Source: a virus
DNA: 64,000 nucleotides
Reading direction: 5' to 3' (one strand)
Virus record (IMG/VR): IMGVR_UViG_3300029319_000010
Location: 1-64,000 of that record
Shown here: piece after piece, positions 42,749-53,299 of the stretch
Position numbering within the stretch: position 1 is the first letter of the stretch
Layout: every line of letters starts with the position of its first letter
Made by a program: the position numbers and the translations under genes
The notes under the pieces: model-generated
Databases searched by the model: none
The model's input: only the letters and a program-made list of their open reading frames with translations
What the model was told of the DNA's origin: nothing

Positions 42749-44383
42749 TTAGAATGATCCTCCAGTAACTGGATTTTTCATTACTATTTTAAGGACTTTA
42801 GTCGGATCCTTAACCCATACAGCTGGGAAGGTTTGAGTCATATAAACTCTATACCCATTAAACTGTCCAGATGAAGCAAATCCTTGTGTTCTACCCATGT
42901 AGTCCATTGTACCATTTTGGTAGAACCATTTTAATTGATTATCCCAAGAAAGTTTCAACAAGTGAATGTTGTCATTTCCAGTCTCAGTAACGTCAAAGAT
43001 AATAAAGCTATAAGAGCTTAAAGGTCTTCCGTCAATAAGTGGATTCTCAATATCATTAGTGTGTAAGTTATCAAAAGCAGGATTTAATACAAATCTTACG
43101 TTTGCTAAGAAAGGTATTACATAAGATGTGAATGCATATCCAAACCCTAAATCCATACCTGATCCAGAAACAATACCATTATTGTCTGCATTGATAACAT
43201 AATTATTTCCTAAACCTGCTGCTTCTGCTGCAATAGCATCATTTACAAGTTTCATACCACCAATACCTGTTTGAACAATTAATGTTCTTTGTGGATCTGG
43301 TCCTTCTAATTCAACTTTACCTTGATAGAAGTTATAAAGTTCAGACTTAAACATATCTAAGCTGAAAGAAGACTTATTATAGATTCTCTTGTAAGAGTTA
43401 TCTAATTGCTTCCAAAGACCTACAGACATTCTAATATCATCTGGCCCATCTTGTCTAACTCTACCTCCGTGTCCCCACATTAGGTAAGTCTCAATATCTG
43501 CTGCAATCTTATTTAAGTGTGCAGCTTCTAAATTTGTTAAGAAAGTTCTTGTTAAGTTTCCTTCATCAAATGCTCTTTTTACATAATCAGCACCCATGAT
43601 CTCAACCATGCTTTCTAAAGAAGAAACTGATGGATTTACATCTTGATCAAAAGTTCTCCAAATTTCTGTAACTGGAATAGAACCATCAGCATTCATTCCA
43701 CCTTTAAGCATTAAATCTGCTCTAGATGAAACTGAATAGTGAACGTGTGCTTCAGCTCCTCCTACAAAGTTGTAGAACTCTCTGAAACCTGTTCCTGTTT
43801 CAATATCTGAAAATCTTTCTCCGTATTCTCCTCTTGCAGAACCTTTTCTAAAGAACTTGGTTCCTGACTTTAAGTAATCATCTTTTAAACCTGCAGTATT
43901 ATCACTGTTAACAAGTTGTACAGTATAAACAAATCCGTCACCTGATGGTAAAATGTCATCAGCTGTAACGTAAAGTTCTTTACCGTTATACTTGTCATAA
44001 GTAATAATATCTCCATGTCCAAATGTTCTCTTACTTAAAAGAATTTTGAATGTTTGCCCATCAATACCTCTAATAGTTCCTGCAGTGTCAGTGACACCGT
44101 CAATCTTACCTAGAGAGTAAGGAAGGTCTTGTACAATGGGAGTTTGCCATTTATACTCACCTCTAGCGTTGTCTACCATAATTGTATTCTGTCCACCAAA
44201 TGAAGCTAATTGATACAAAGGCATCTCTACCTTTTGTGTCATAGCCCATAAGTCAACTGGACCCATATCCATAGGTTCAGCAGATCCTAACATTGCTGTT
44301 AAGTGGTAAGAATCAACATGAGAACTAGCCTTGTAGTTTGTATCTCTTAGGAAAATCCCATTATTTAAAACTGGTGTTGCCAT
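42749..44383 (-). CDS. Major capsid protein (crAss-like, HK97 fold; 544 aa)
   Basis: Size, position after portal and scaffold, motifs EYKWQ, YLMWG, GLWKQL, QTGIGGM, VWVKDPT; followed by terminator. Confidence 0.8.
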   Translation of the reverse strand: MATPVLNNGIFLRDTNYKASSHVDSYHLTAMLGSAEPMDMGPVDLWAMTQKVEMPLYQLASFGGQNTIMVDNARGEYKWQTPIVQDLPYSLGKIDGVTDTAGTIRGIDGQTFKILLSKRTFGHGDIITYDKYNGKELYVTADDILPSGDGFVYTVQLVNSDNTAGLKDDYLKSGTKFFRKGSARGEYGERFSDIETGTGFREFYNFVGGAEAHVHYSVSSRADLMLKGGMNADGSIPVTEIWRTFDQDVNPSVSSLESMVEIMGADYVKRAFDEGNLTRTFLTNLEAAHLNKIAADIETYLMWGHGGRVRQDGPDDIRMSVGLWKQLDNSYKRIYNKSSFSLDMFKSELYNFYQGKVELEGPDPQRTLIVQTGIGGMKLVNDAIAAEAAGLGNNYVINADNNGIVSGSGMDLGFGYAFTSYVIPFLANVRFVLNPAFDNLHTNDIENPLIDGRPLSSYSFIIFDVTETGNDNIHLLKLSWDNQLKWFYQNGTMDYMGRTQGFASSGQFNGYRVYMTQTFPAVWVKDPTKVLKIVMKNPVTGGSF

Positions 44384-44438
44384 AATTGATTGTTGTTAAT
44401 TGATTAATATTCTTGTTATCTATTGTTGTTATATTTTT

Positions 44439-44807
44439 TTACAATAAGTATCCTACTGTAAAGTTAAATTTTCCTGCTGTTAAAGTTGCTGTTGCTATTG
44501 TAACTCCAATTGCCGCATTAGATGTAGCTGTAATTGGTGTATTAGGTGCAGTGCCAAGTGGCATAAAACCTGTTCCAGTTAAATTAGCAATTGTGTATGC
44601 CGGTGATATGTTTACACCACCTCCTGTTAATGTTAAAGTAGCACTACCTCCACTAGTCATAGCTTCAGTTTTCTCTACTATAATTTCAACAACAGTAGCC
44701 CCCTTTGGTATATTATCAGTAACAGCTAAAGTTTGTGCTCCAGCAGTAGCTCCATCAGAACTGTAGTCATATGAAGCTTTTACATAGTATTTTTGTGGAT
44801 TTCCCAT
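44439..44807 (-). CDS. Small beta-rich virion protein, possible capsid decoration (122 aa)
   Basis: T/A/G-rich; IPKGATVVEI..V...TAGKFNFTVGY pattern; between scaffold and MCP. Confidence 0.5.
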   Translation of the reverse strand: MGNPQKYYVKASYDYSSDGATAGAQTLAVTDNIPKGATVVEIIVEKTEAMTSGGSATLTLTGGGVNISPAYTIANLTGTGFMPLGTAPNTPITATSNAAIGVTIATATLTAGKFNFTVGYLL

Positions 44808-44853
44808 GATTAAAAATTATTTAAGTGTTAATATTCTAGTTAATTATTTGTTT

Positions 44854-46140
44854 TTACATTCTTTTAAAAATATTATTTCCTCTTGGTATTCTTCTAGGAG
44901 CTTTTTTCCTAGTAGCAGCTTCTTCTTTCTCTTGTACTGCTGAAGAAACTTTATTAGCTTGTGCAGATTTTAATTTTCTAACTGTATCTGCTACTGCTTT
45001 GTTTTCTCCTTTCTTCATTATATTACTTTTATATCCTTTTGGATCTGCTAGTAACCATAATGCTTCTGTTATCAAAGGATAGTTTGGTTCTACAAACTGA
45101 TACTTTTCTAACAAATGTCCCAATAGGTTTGTGTTCTTTCCACTAATTGATGGATATGCTGGATTTACTAAACCATTGTATAATAAATTCTGTGTTCTCT
45201 TATCTACTTTAACCTCTCCTACTTTTCCATCTTTTAATGTGTTGTACACATTCTGCATATAATTTTTAGATGCTTGTGCTTGCTTTCTTTTCTTCATTTC
45301 TTGCTCTTGAAGTTTTCTAGCAATTACTTTCTCTTGCATCTTATCTAACTTTGGTTTAAACTTTAAAGCTTGTTTTTCAAGTTTTCCTAAGTCTTTCCAA
45401 ACATCTATTTCTTCTTCAATCTCTTCTGCTGTTCCGAAACCTGTTGCTCCCAAAAAGTCTCTTACAATCTTTTCTTGATCTTTTTCTTTCTTAGGATTTA
45501 ATTCTCTTACTTCTTCTACATGTGATAATGCACCAAATAAGCCTTTTAAATCTTTACCTCCGTCAGCTACATATCTTGCAGCTACTTGTAATTCTTGTGG
45601 CAAACTGTCAAAGAACTGTTTAGGAGTTTCTTTCCTTACTGCTCTTGCTTTTTCATCTAAGTTAGCTTGAATTAATTCTTGCCAATCCTTAGCTGTGTAT
45701 TCATCTAACTCTTTTCCATCATCAAAAGCTAATAGTTTTTCTTCATCTATTAACTTTTTAAATACATCAGATACACCTTCAATCTTCCTTCTCCCTCTTT
45801 TCTTTTGTTCTACTTGCTCCTCTTCTACTTCATCTTCAACTCCTAGAACTTCATCTATATTTACAGGATCTTTTTTTGCTTCAACTTTTACCTCTTCTAC
45901 TTTTTCTTCTACCTTTTCTTCTGTTTCTTCTGTCTCTGCTTTTGTTTCTTCTTTTACTTCTGGAGTTTTATCTATAAAAGAAACATCTACATCCTTTTTT
46001 TTGCTAAAAATATTTGGTTTTGCTGGTTCTTCCGGTGTTGTTATTGATTCACTCCCAGGAGCTCCTCCAAATATTTCATCTAAGTTGACATCTACTTTTT
46101 CAACTTTAGTTTTTTCTACGGTTTTATTTTCTTCTGCCAT
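44854..46140 (-). CDS. Putative capsid scaffolding protein (428 aa)
   Basis: E/K-rich disordered N-terminus, helical body, basic C-terminus; between portal and MCP. Confidence 0.6.
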   Translation of the reverse strand: MAEENKTVEKTKVEKVDVNLDEIFGGAPGSESITTPEEPAKPNIFSKKKDVDVSFIDKTPEVKEETKAETEETEEKVEEKVEEVKVEAKKDPVNIDEVLGVEDEVEEEQVEQKKRGRRKIEGVSDVFKKLIDEEKLLAFDDGKELDEYTAKDWQELIQANLDEKARAVRKETPKQFFDSLPQELQVAARYVADGGKDLKGLFGALSHVEEVRELNPKKEKDQEKIVRDFLGATGFGTAEEIEEEIDVWKDLGKLEKQALKFKPKLDKMQEKVIARKLQEQEMKKRKQAQASKNYMQNVYNTLKDGKVGEVKVDKRTQNLLYNGLVNPAYPSISGKNTNLLGHLLEKYQFVEPNYPLITEALWLLADPKGYKSNIMKKGENKAVADTVRKLKSAQANKVSSAVQEKEEAATRKKAPRRIPRGNNIFKRM

Positions 46141-46249
46141 AATTCTTTGGTTTTAATTATTACTACATTAATAATATAATAAAAAGTTTTTAGTAAACTT
46201 CAAAAATTTTTTATTTTAAATTAGATTTTTATCAGTATATAGCTATCTA

Positions 46250-49009
46250 CTATTTTTCTTCCTTTTTATCAGGATTTTTAACGTCATATCTATTTTTATT
46301 CTCTTTTGCTATTTCTAATTTAGTATTAGCTATATCACGTTGTGCTACTATCTTTTCTCTATCTAATGCTGCTTTATTATTACTTATAGCTGTATCTCTC
46401 ATATTTTTCTCTCTTGCCATGTTCATTTTCTCTCTAAATTGATCTCTTGATGCTAAAGTTTTCTCAGCTTCATTAAAAGTTTTAGCTAAATCTTGTTGTG
46501 TTACATCATCATCCATTCTTGTTGTTCTGATCTGTGCAACTGCAACATCTTTATCACGGTCAGCTTGATTCTCTTGTGCTTGGAATTCACGTTCAGCAGC
46601 TTTCTCTTGAGCTTGAGCTTGAAGTTGTTCTTGCTGCATTTGTTGTTGTTGTTGCATTTCTTGTTGTCTTTGTGACATTTGTTTATCTTCAGCACTCTTT
46701 AATATAGTAGATACTTCAGCAATAGAGTCTGCTTTTATAATATTTCCTAAATCAAAGATGCTTGCTCCAGTAGTATTATTAGATATTGCTAATTGTTTTA
46801 ACTGTTCTAAAGTAGCTCTATGATTTGATTTAGTAGTACAAAATATATTAAAGTCACGCATTAATAATTCTGTTCCATTTATTTGAAAGTTAACTTTTTC
46901 TGCTTCACTAGATATGTAGTTTAATCTTACACTTGGTTTTGTACTATGATAATACTGAGAAAGATCAGTTCTCATTTTGTGTACTCTTGGCATAAGATTA
47001 TCTGAATGTTGAATAAAATACATTTCAGTTTGTGAATATGAAGATTGTACAGCTTGTTGCACACCAGTTGCAGTTTGTCTAGCTATTTCTTGACCCATTC
47101 TTTGAGGATTTACACCAATAGCTTCAAATGCTTGATTTTTAAAATGATTTGCTAACTGTATTCTAGACATTAGCCTATTAGTTTGTTCAAGATTTAATGT
47201 TTGATAATGATTAAAGTTTGTAGCATTTTCTGTATTAGTTATAGAAGTATCAAGTGGTAACATACCAAAGTCTTTCATTGCTACATATGCTTTTGCATAA
47301 TTATTCTTACCCCAATCTTCTCCCATAGAATGACGCGGTAATGCATTCTGATCAAACATAATAACTGTACCAAGTTCATCTACAAGTATATCAGCTATTT
47401 GATTATTTACCATATTATAACCAACTTGGTATGCTTTCATTAAATCTACTAAAGAAGTAGATCTAGTATTTCTATCAGAAAATACTCTACCTTCTACTGG
47501 TAGTTTACAACCATATAAATTATTATCCCCTTTAAATTGAAACTCAACTCTACCTGGAGTTGACTTATTTATACCTATATAAATTGGATTTACATTATTT
47601 TCATCAACTTCTGACATATATGATGTAGGTAAGTTTGGCCCTATTTTTACACCACCCCATACTTCATTAATCCATATCCAATCTACATGTTCTCCCTGTA
47701 CTAAATTATCTCTAGTTTTTTGTTTAAATAGATTTGTATTGTATACGGGTTCTTCTGTTTGTTTCCAATGCTCATCAATTATATGTTGCTGAACAGATCC
47801 ATCATCCATAACTCTAGTTAAGTGGCCAACCTTTCTTTGTGTTTTCCAATATGCTGTAGTAACTCTCATTAATGTACTATCACCCCACATTGCATAATCT
47901 TCACCCTCTCCTAATATGTAATCTACAATATCAGATCCTTGTGAAGTATGATTATAGTTACTCATAAACTGTCTAAAACCTAAAGATGGTGAATCAGTAT
48001 TCCACTTATGAGATTTTGTAGGATCATAAAATGTACCATCATTTTGATAACCTGTTAATTGATATCTTGCTGATTTAGCAGGATGTATTTCTTGTAATGA
48101 TTTTAATTGTTTCTCTGTCATTAAATATCCAAAACAATCTATAACATCTGATACTGTCATCATCTCACACTTACCTACATAGTTACCATCTGATATATAT
48201 CTTGTATCTGGAGACTTTTGATAAAATGTTAACGCAGGATTCCATAGCTCTACCTCATAATCATCTTCCATCATTCTAAAATGCCAAAACTCTCTATCAC
48301 AAATAAGCATATCTCTAAAACCTCTTTCCTCTAACTCTTGCATTTTAAATCTTTCTTCATCTACTTTTAATTGATGACTGGCCCATTCTTCAACTAAACT
48401 TCTATAGTCTTTTTGAAAAAATTCTTCTATCTCAGGTAATGATTTTAAATTTTCTGGTTGCAATTGCTGCTGTGCTTCTTCTGATCCTACATCTACACCC
48501 ATCTTAGCCATTTCTGACATTATCTTTATCTTAGCATCTGCAAGTAAATTTTCTTCTATCATTATTCTTTTTTCTTCTATCATTTCATTATATGATAGAT
48601 CATCTACTGCTCTAAATTGTACTCTAGAATATCTTTTAGAAAACTCTCCAGATAAAACATTAATTACATTTGGGATAATAGGGTAAAATTTTAACTGTAA
48701 TGCAGAACTATCTTCTTGTGTTAAAACATCCATTAGATCTTTATACTCATTATCTTCTTCTATTACATAATCAGTTTTATCTATAATACCTTTTGCAAGC
48801 TTATAATTTTTAAGAATTTTACGTGCATTATTTCTTAACTGCATCATACCTTGATTTTCTAACCAATCTAAGTTCCAAGCAGCCCAATTATTATTTTTCT
48901 TTTTACTTGATAAAAACTGAACAGGTTGTGTCAAGTTAAGACCAGAAGGATAGCCAGAAGATTTTACTTTAGCACCTTGCTTTAATTGTAATGCATTATA
49001 TACTTTCAT
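46250..49009 (-). CDS. Portal protein (919 aa)
   Basis: FYPIIPNVINVLSGE, WIWINEVWGG, SLVDLMKAYQ, IGVNPQRMGQ motifs and Gln-rich C-terminal coiled coil; downstream of TerL. Confidence 0.85.
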   Translation of the reverse strand: MKVYNALQLKQGAKVKSSGYPSGLNLTQPVQFLSSKKKNNNWAAWNLDWLENQGMMQLRNNARKILKNYKLAKGIIDKTDYVIEEDNEYKDLMDVLTQEDSSALQLKFYPIIPNVINVLSGEFSKRYSRVQFRAVDDLSYNEMIEEKRIMIEENLLADAKIKIMSEMAKMGVDVGSEEAQQQLQPENLKSLPEIEEFFQKDYRSLVEEWASHQLKVDEERFKMQELEERGFRDMLICDREFWHFRMMEDDYEVELWNPALTFYQKSPDTRYISDGNYVGKCEMMTVSDVIDCFGYLMTEKQLKSLQEIHPAKSARYQLTGYQNDGTFYDPTKSHKWNTDSPSLGFRQFMSNYNHTSQGSDIVDYILGEGEDYAMWGDSTLMRVTTAYWKTQRKVGHLTRVMDDGSVQQHIIDEHWKQTEEPVYNTNLFKQKTRDNLVQGEHVDWIWINEVWGGVKIGPNLPTSYMSEVDENNVNPIYIGINKSTPGRVEFQFKGDNNLYGCKLPVEGRVFSDRNTRSTSLVDLMKAYQVGYNMVNNQIADILVDELGTVIMFDQNALPRHSMGEDWGKNNYAKAYVAMKDFGMLPLDTSITNTENATNFNHYQTLNLEQTNRLMSRIQLANHFKNQAFEAIGVNPQRMGQEIARQTATGVQQAVQSSYSQTEMYFIQHSDNLMPRVHKMRTDLSQYYHSTKPSVRLNYISSEAEKVNFQINGTELLMRDFNIFCTTKSNHRATLEQLKQLAISNNTTGASIFDLGNIIKADSIAEVSTILKSAEDKQMSQRQQEMQQQQQMQQEQLQAQAQEKAAEREFQAQENQADRDKDVAVAQIRTTRMDDDVTQQDLAKTFNEAEKTLASRDQFREKMNMAREKNMRDTAISNNKAALDREKIVAQRDIANTKLEIAKENKNRYDVKNPDKKEEK

Positions 49010-49014
49010 ACTTA

Positions 49015-49113
49015 TTATTTCTTAATTGTATACTTGATTGACACATCAGTGTAAGAAGAATTAGTTGTCCAAGATATATTAACCATTGTAGGTGTACTGT
49101 TCCAGTATTTCAT
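49015..49113 (-). CDS. Putative 32-aa micro-ORF (MKYWNSTPTMVNISWTTNSSYTDVSIKYTIKK)
   Basis: Manual translation; ATG overlaps the TerL stop (TAATG) and the ORF fills the TerL-portal gap. Confidence 0.45.
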   Translation of the reverse strand: MKYWNSTPTMVNISWTTNSSYTDVSIKYTIKK

Positions 49114-51305
49114 TATTTTATATTTTTAAATGCTGATTTCTTAAATTTTTTACCTCCTAATCTGCGTTTGTTACGCCCTAAATTTCTAAAAGGACTACTA
49201 GATAATTTATACAAATTTTTAGACTTTTCCAAGCTATCTGCTGACTTATCCTTTTCTCTGTGCTTTAAATAACCTCTATTAGACTGTTGTATTTTTGCAA
49301 ATGCTATCAATGCAGAAAAAGCTACAAGTCTATCCACGTTAAGACCAGGGTAATACTGTCTCATTTCTATTAGTAACATTTTGTCTGGTATTCTTGATAC
49401 TCCTAACGTTTGTCCTATAACATTTCCATTAACATCTAGATCTTCATCAATAACCTCTCTTATATACTCTATAGCATAAGATATTAAATGACTTTTAAAT
49501 AATGTTCCAGTATTTTTCCAACCATATTCTTGAAATACATTCTTATTTGATCCTAGATCTTTTAAAAATAAAATTTGTTGTTTTGGTACTAGATATTTTT
49601 GTTTCTTTCTAGCTATCATATGTTGAATAAACAATGATATATTATTCTCAACTATAGTCCATGCCTTATACCATTCTATTATAAGCTCTAGTTGTTCATG
49701 TGTTTTATTTATATCATCATATCTACCACACCAAGATGCTACTATCTTATCTTTTTCTATAAATGTTTCAGGTCCATCCGGTGTATTTCTTGTAACCTCA
49801 ACAGCATTCTTATAAACAAATATACTACATAAAGAATCTGATGTTGTTGTTTTACCTTCTGATACAGGGTCAATAGATGCATAATACATCATAAACTTTG
49901 GATTCTTTACAGGTCTTTCCCATACAACTATAGATCCGGTTTTATCTTCTAATTTTTTCTTAACAGGAAATGTAGTTATAGGTAATTTGTTTGTCTTGCT
50001 AGCTTTTATACCATCTTGATCACGTTCTAACTTTATAAACTCATATGCATATTTTTTTTCTTCTATACTTCTTATTTGTTTTTCTAGTATGCTTTGTGGA
50101 AATACAGCTTCTTTTCTATAAGCAAATGCTTCTGCAATATTTATTGGTTTTTGTGATATACGCAATTGATACTGTTCTGGTGCTAAATCTTTTTTCCATT
50201 CATTTCTTTCTTCAACAATAGCTGTAAGAGCTTCTTGTATCATAGAATTGCCGTATTTATCAATAAAGGGCGGCATAGACCATTGTTCTGGTATAAAAAG
50301 ACCTGCAATACCAATACCTCCCTTTTCATCCATTAGATCTGTTTCTACAGCAAATATATCATTTGCCTGTGGATTAAGTATCATTTCTTTTAATGGGTTG
50401 CATTGATCAAGATCACCCACTGATCCTGCAGCAATAAACATACCTGTAGTCATCATACCTGAAGACATTGCTGGTCTAATGTACTCATATGTTTGATCCA
50501 TCTTTGGTGCAATACCAGCCTCTTCATGAAAAAAATAAGTACAAGGTCCACCTACACCTGTTGTAGCATTCTTTTCAAAAGATGCTCCTTGTATTTTAGA
50601 CATAAGTCCTTTATTTGTTTTTCTATTATTTATTCTAACTTCTATCTTTTGCTCCCATAATAATACTTTCTCAGGTGTACATGGTCTATACCATGCAGTA
50701 TGTTCATTAAGAAATGTCTTATATTCATCTAAAAACTTCCAAGAACCTTTATCATTAATATAATCTTTTAGTGATGCTCCCATCTTACATATAGATCCTT
50801 CTTCAAACCAAAATTGATTTATAAGTTTAGCCATATGAAAATATGATGATGCTATCTGTCTTTTCTTTAGAATAGCTGCATGTTTATAATTAAGTTCTGC
50901 TAGAAGCTCATATATAGCCATATGATATTGTGCATCTCTTACTTTAGCAAAGCCATACTTCTTTTCCTCTTTATCAAATATTGGTAAAAAGTTTAACCAC
51001 ATATAGTAGTCTCTTGTTAGATACCATGTTTCCTTTTTTCCTACGTAAATTACACCATCTCTACACTTTTTCTTTTGATCATTCCAATAATTTATAAAAT
51101 CTTTAGATCTAAATGGTTTATCACAATAATATCCTTGCTCATTAAAAATCTTAGCCTCTTTATTAAAGAGATATGCAGTTTTATCAAAATTATATTGACC
51201 TGGCTCTTTAAATAAAACTACTACAAACTTTTTAAACTCATCTTGTGTCTTAAAATCTGTAGTAGTCCACTTATTATCTTTATATGTAGGTATAGATTTA
51301 TACAT
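49113..51305 (-). CDS. terL: Terminase large subunit (730 aa)
   Basis: Walker A-like LKKRQIASS, Walker B FFHEEAG, nuclease motifs YASIDPV, IVENN, NVDRLVA. Confidence 0.9.
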   Translation of the reverse strand: MYKSIPTYKDNKWTTTDFKTQDEFKKFVVVLFKEPGQYNFDKTAYLFNKEAKIFNEQGYYCDKPFRSKDFINYWNDQKKKCRDGVIYVGKKETWYLTRDYYMWLNFLPIFDKEEKKYGFAKVRDAQYHMAIYELLAELNYKHAAILKKRQIASSYFHMAKLINQFWFEEGSICKMGASLKDYINDKGSWKFLDEYKTFLNEHTAWYRPCTPEKVLLWEQKIEVRINNRKTNKGLMSKIQGASFEKNATTGVGGPCTYFFHEEAGIAPKMDQTYEYIRPAMSSGMMTTGMFIAAGSVGDLDQCNPLKEMILNPQANDIFAVETDLMDEKGGIGIAGLFIPEQWSMPPFIDKYGNSMIQEALTAIVEERNEWKKDLAPEQYQLRISQKPINIAEAFAYRKEAVFPQSILEKQIRSIEEKKYAYEFIKLERDQDGIKASKTNKLPITTFPVKKKLEDKTGSIVVWERPVKNPKFMMYYASIDPVSEGKTTTSDSLCSIFVYKNAVEVTRNTPDGPETFIEKDKIVASWCGRYDDINKTHEQLELIIEWYKAWTIVENNISLFIQHMIARKKQKYLVPKQQILFLKDLGSNKNVFQEYGWKNTGTLFKSHLISYAIEYIREVIDEDLDVNGNVIGQTLGVSRIPDKMLLIEMRQYYPGLNVDRLVAFSALIAFAKIQQSNRGYLKHREKDKSADSLEKSKNLYKLSSSPFRNLGRNKRRLGGKKFKKSAFKNIK

Positions 51306-51567
51306 CCTCTATAGCCCAAATATCTTGTTGCTTTAATAGAATATGTTCATCTCCCATATGAGATACTTTTACAGGTTGAATAAATTGATTAAATAGAACA
51401 ACTTCACCTTCATGTATACCTTTAACATCATCTCCAATTGCTACAACTGTTCCTTTGTCTTCTGACTCTTGTGCTGTTTCTGGTATATAAATACCACTAC
51501 TTGTTTTTTCTTCAGCTTTGTGTCTTATAATTAGGAGCCTGTCTCCTACTGGTCTTATACTTTTCAT
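51298..51567 (-). CDS. groES: Co-chaperonin GroES (89 aa; likely start MKSIRPVGD at 51567)
   Basis: IRPVGDRLLI, mobile loop EEKTSSGIYIP, GTVVAIG, ILLKQQDIWA. Confidence 0.9.
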   Translation of the reverse strand: MKSIRPVGDRLLIIRHKAEEKTSSGIYIPETAQESEDKGTVVAIGDDVKGIHEGEVVLFNQFIQPVKVSHMGDEHILLKQQDIWAIEDV

Positions 51568-51577
51568 AGTTTTAAAT

Positions 51578-52096
51578 TTATAATTGATCATATGCTAACC
51601 CTTGTCCACCGCGGACAGAGCTTTTTTGTTCATCTTTCATATCATTATATGCTCCTTTAAATGACTGTCTTATTTGGTCAAATTTAGCAGCAGTATTAAC
51701 TAAAGATGTTAAATTACCGTCTCTACCATGTTCTATAGATGTAGTTTCCATATATCTTGCTAATCTATCTAACATTGTCTTAATACCTTTATATGCTCTA
51801 TATGTAGGCGTTTGATATAATTCTTTACAAGTATCTAAACCATGTCTTATTGGACCATCCTCTGGTGAATCCTCTAAACCTATTTCTTCTATAATCATAT
51901 CTTCTTTTTCATGCTCAGGCATATTAAAAAATGGATTCATATCAGGATCAGGACATGTCATGTAAAATATATACTGATATATAGACAAATAAGTTTTAGG
52001 ATATTTATCCATAATAGTCTTTAGAGACTTTAATGTATAGCAGTGTTCAGTAGGAACAACTTTGCCATTTTGTATGTCAAATAATTTTATTAGCAT
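51578..52096 (-). CDS. Conserved phage protein, candidate terminase small subunit (172 aa)
   Basis: Helical protein upstream of TerL ending VRGGQGLAYDQL; assignment by position. Confidence 0.4.
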   Translation of the reverse strand: MLIKLFDIQNGKVVPTEHCYTLKSLKTIMDKYPKTYLSIYQYIFYMTCPDPDMNPFFNMPEHEKEDMIIEEIGLEDSPEDGPIRHGLDTCKELYQTPTYRAYKGIKTMLDRLARYMETTSIEHGRDGNLTSLVNTAAKFDQIRQSFKGAYNDMKDEQKSSVRGGQGLAYDQL

Positions 52097-52923
52097 TGTG
52101 GATTATCTTTTAACCATTTAATTATACTTTGTACTTCATCTTTTAAATACTTTAATGTATATATTTTAATATCTTCTATTATAGGTTCACCTTGCTCATT
52201 CTTTTCTGTAATAGGATATCCATGTTCATTATCACCTATCTTTTTAAATTTTACATGTTGTATTTGTAATTTACCTATTTTTAGTTTAGGATTATGCTTT
52301 TTTATTATATAAGCATATAAACTTAACTGTAAATTATAATGATTAAGATTACAATCATCTAAATGACTTACAGGATTATACATTTTAGATGTTATACCTT
52401 CCCAGTTAGTAAATCCTTTTTCCTTTATTTCTTTATTAGTTTTATAATCAATAATATGTATTTGATTATTAACTATAGTTACTAAATCTGCTTGACCGCA
52501 TATACCTAAAGATTTAAGATAAACAAAATGTTCTGGATATACACCATCAGAAACTTTTTGATCCGGTGCAATCTTTGTACCGCTACCATCTACTATAGGT
52601 CTAACAATAGGAACAACTACCCCATCTCTTTCTATAGTTTTAAATTCACATAAGTTTTTTTCTCTTTGATCATGATACCAATTACCAAGTTCAATAGCTC
52701 TTTGAGATTCACCATCCCAAGCTGCTAGTATTTCTTTTGGTGTCATACCATGCCATTTAGATCTTTTGTTTTTAGATGATTTTTTTGCTTGTGCCTCAGC
52801 ATCAAACTTAGGTTTAAATAAACCAACAAAAGATGTAACACTAGTCCATTTAATAGCATCTTTTGAAAGATCTTCATTTAAACTTTCATATATGTGACCA
52901 TCCTCTTTAAATATTACTGTCAT
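52090..52923 (-). CDS. PD-(D/E)XK (Cas4/RecB-like) exonuclease (277 aa)
   Basis: SVTSFV, GNWYH, ICGQADLV, IIDYKTN, YNLQLSLYAY. Confidence 0.85.
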   Translation of the reverse strand: MTVIFKEDGHIYESLNEDLSKDAIKWTSVTSFVGLFKPKFDAEAQAKKSSKNKRSKWHGMTPKEILAAWDGESQRAIELGNWYHDQREKNLCEFKTIERDGVVVPIVRPIVDGSGTKIAPDQKVSDGVYPEHFVYLKSLGICGQADLVTIVNNQIHIIDYKTNKEIKEKGFTNWEGITSKMYNPVSHLDDCNLNHYNLQLSLYAYIIKKHNPKLKIGKLQIQHVKFKKIGDNEHGYPITEKNEQGEPIIEDIKIYTLKYLKDEVQSIIKWLKDNPQC

Positions 52924-53299
52924 CTTCTCTAAGTTTTAAATTTTTACTCATTTGTTTTATTTTTTCATCATGCTCCTTTTTTTCATCTGCAATTATTTGT
53001 TGTTTAAGTAAATTTTCTATTGCACCTGGCATTACTGCTTTCCATCTACCTTTTGGACATGCTGATGATAAAGCTCTTAATTTTAAACTTAAACTGCATC
53101 CACAATCAGAACAACAGGGCTGTGTTCCATTAACAGCACATGCTTTACCTGTCTTATCTAATAAAGGACATATTTTACATTCTAGCCATCTTAATTTAGC
53201 TACAGCTTCTACATCATCTTTTTTAAATACTTTATTCTTTACACCTTCAGTAATTTGTTTTATATTTCCTAATGCACCTAATAATTTACTTATTCTCAT
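52907..53299 (-). CDS. Small Cys-rich putative metal-binding protein (130 aa)
   Basis: CKIC, CSDCGC, CPKGRW. Confidence 0.6.
   Translation of the reverse strand: MRISKLLGALGNIKQITEGVKNKVFKKDDVEAVAKLRWLECKICPLLDKTGKACAVNGTQPCCSDCGCSLSLKLRALSSACPKGRWKAVMPGAIENLLKQQIIADEKKEHDEKIKQMSKNLKLREDDSNI

Noticed and set aside
42749-51305. Introns or inteins in TerL, portal or MCP
   Set aside because: ORFs are continuous and of ordinary size; no intein or homing-endonuclease motifs seen
52090-52923. CRISPR-Cas system suggested by a Cas4-like nuclease
   Set aside because: No repeat-spacer array or other cas genes; solo PD-(D/E)XK nucleases are common in phages
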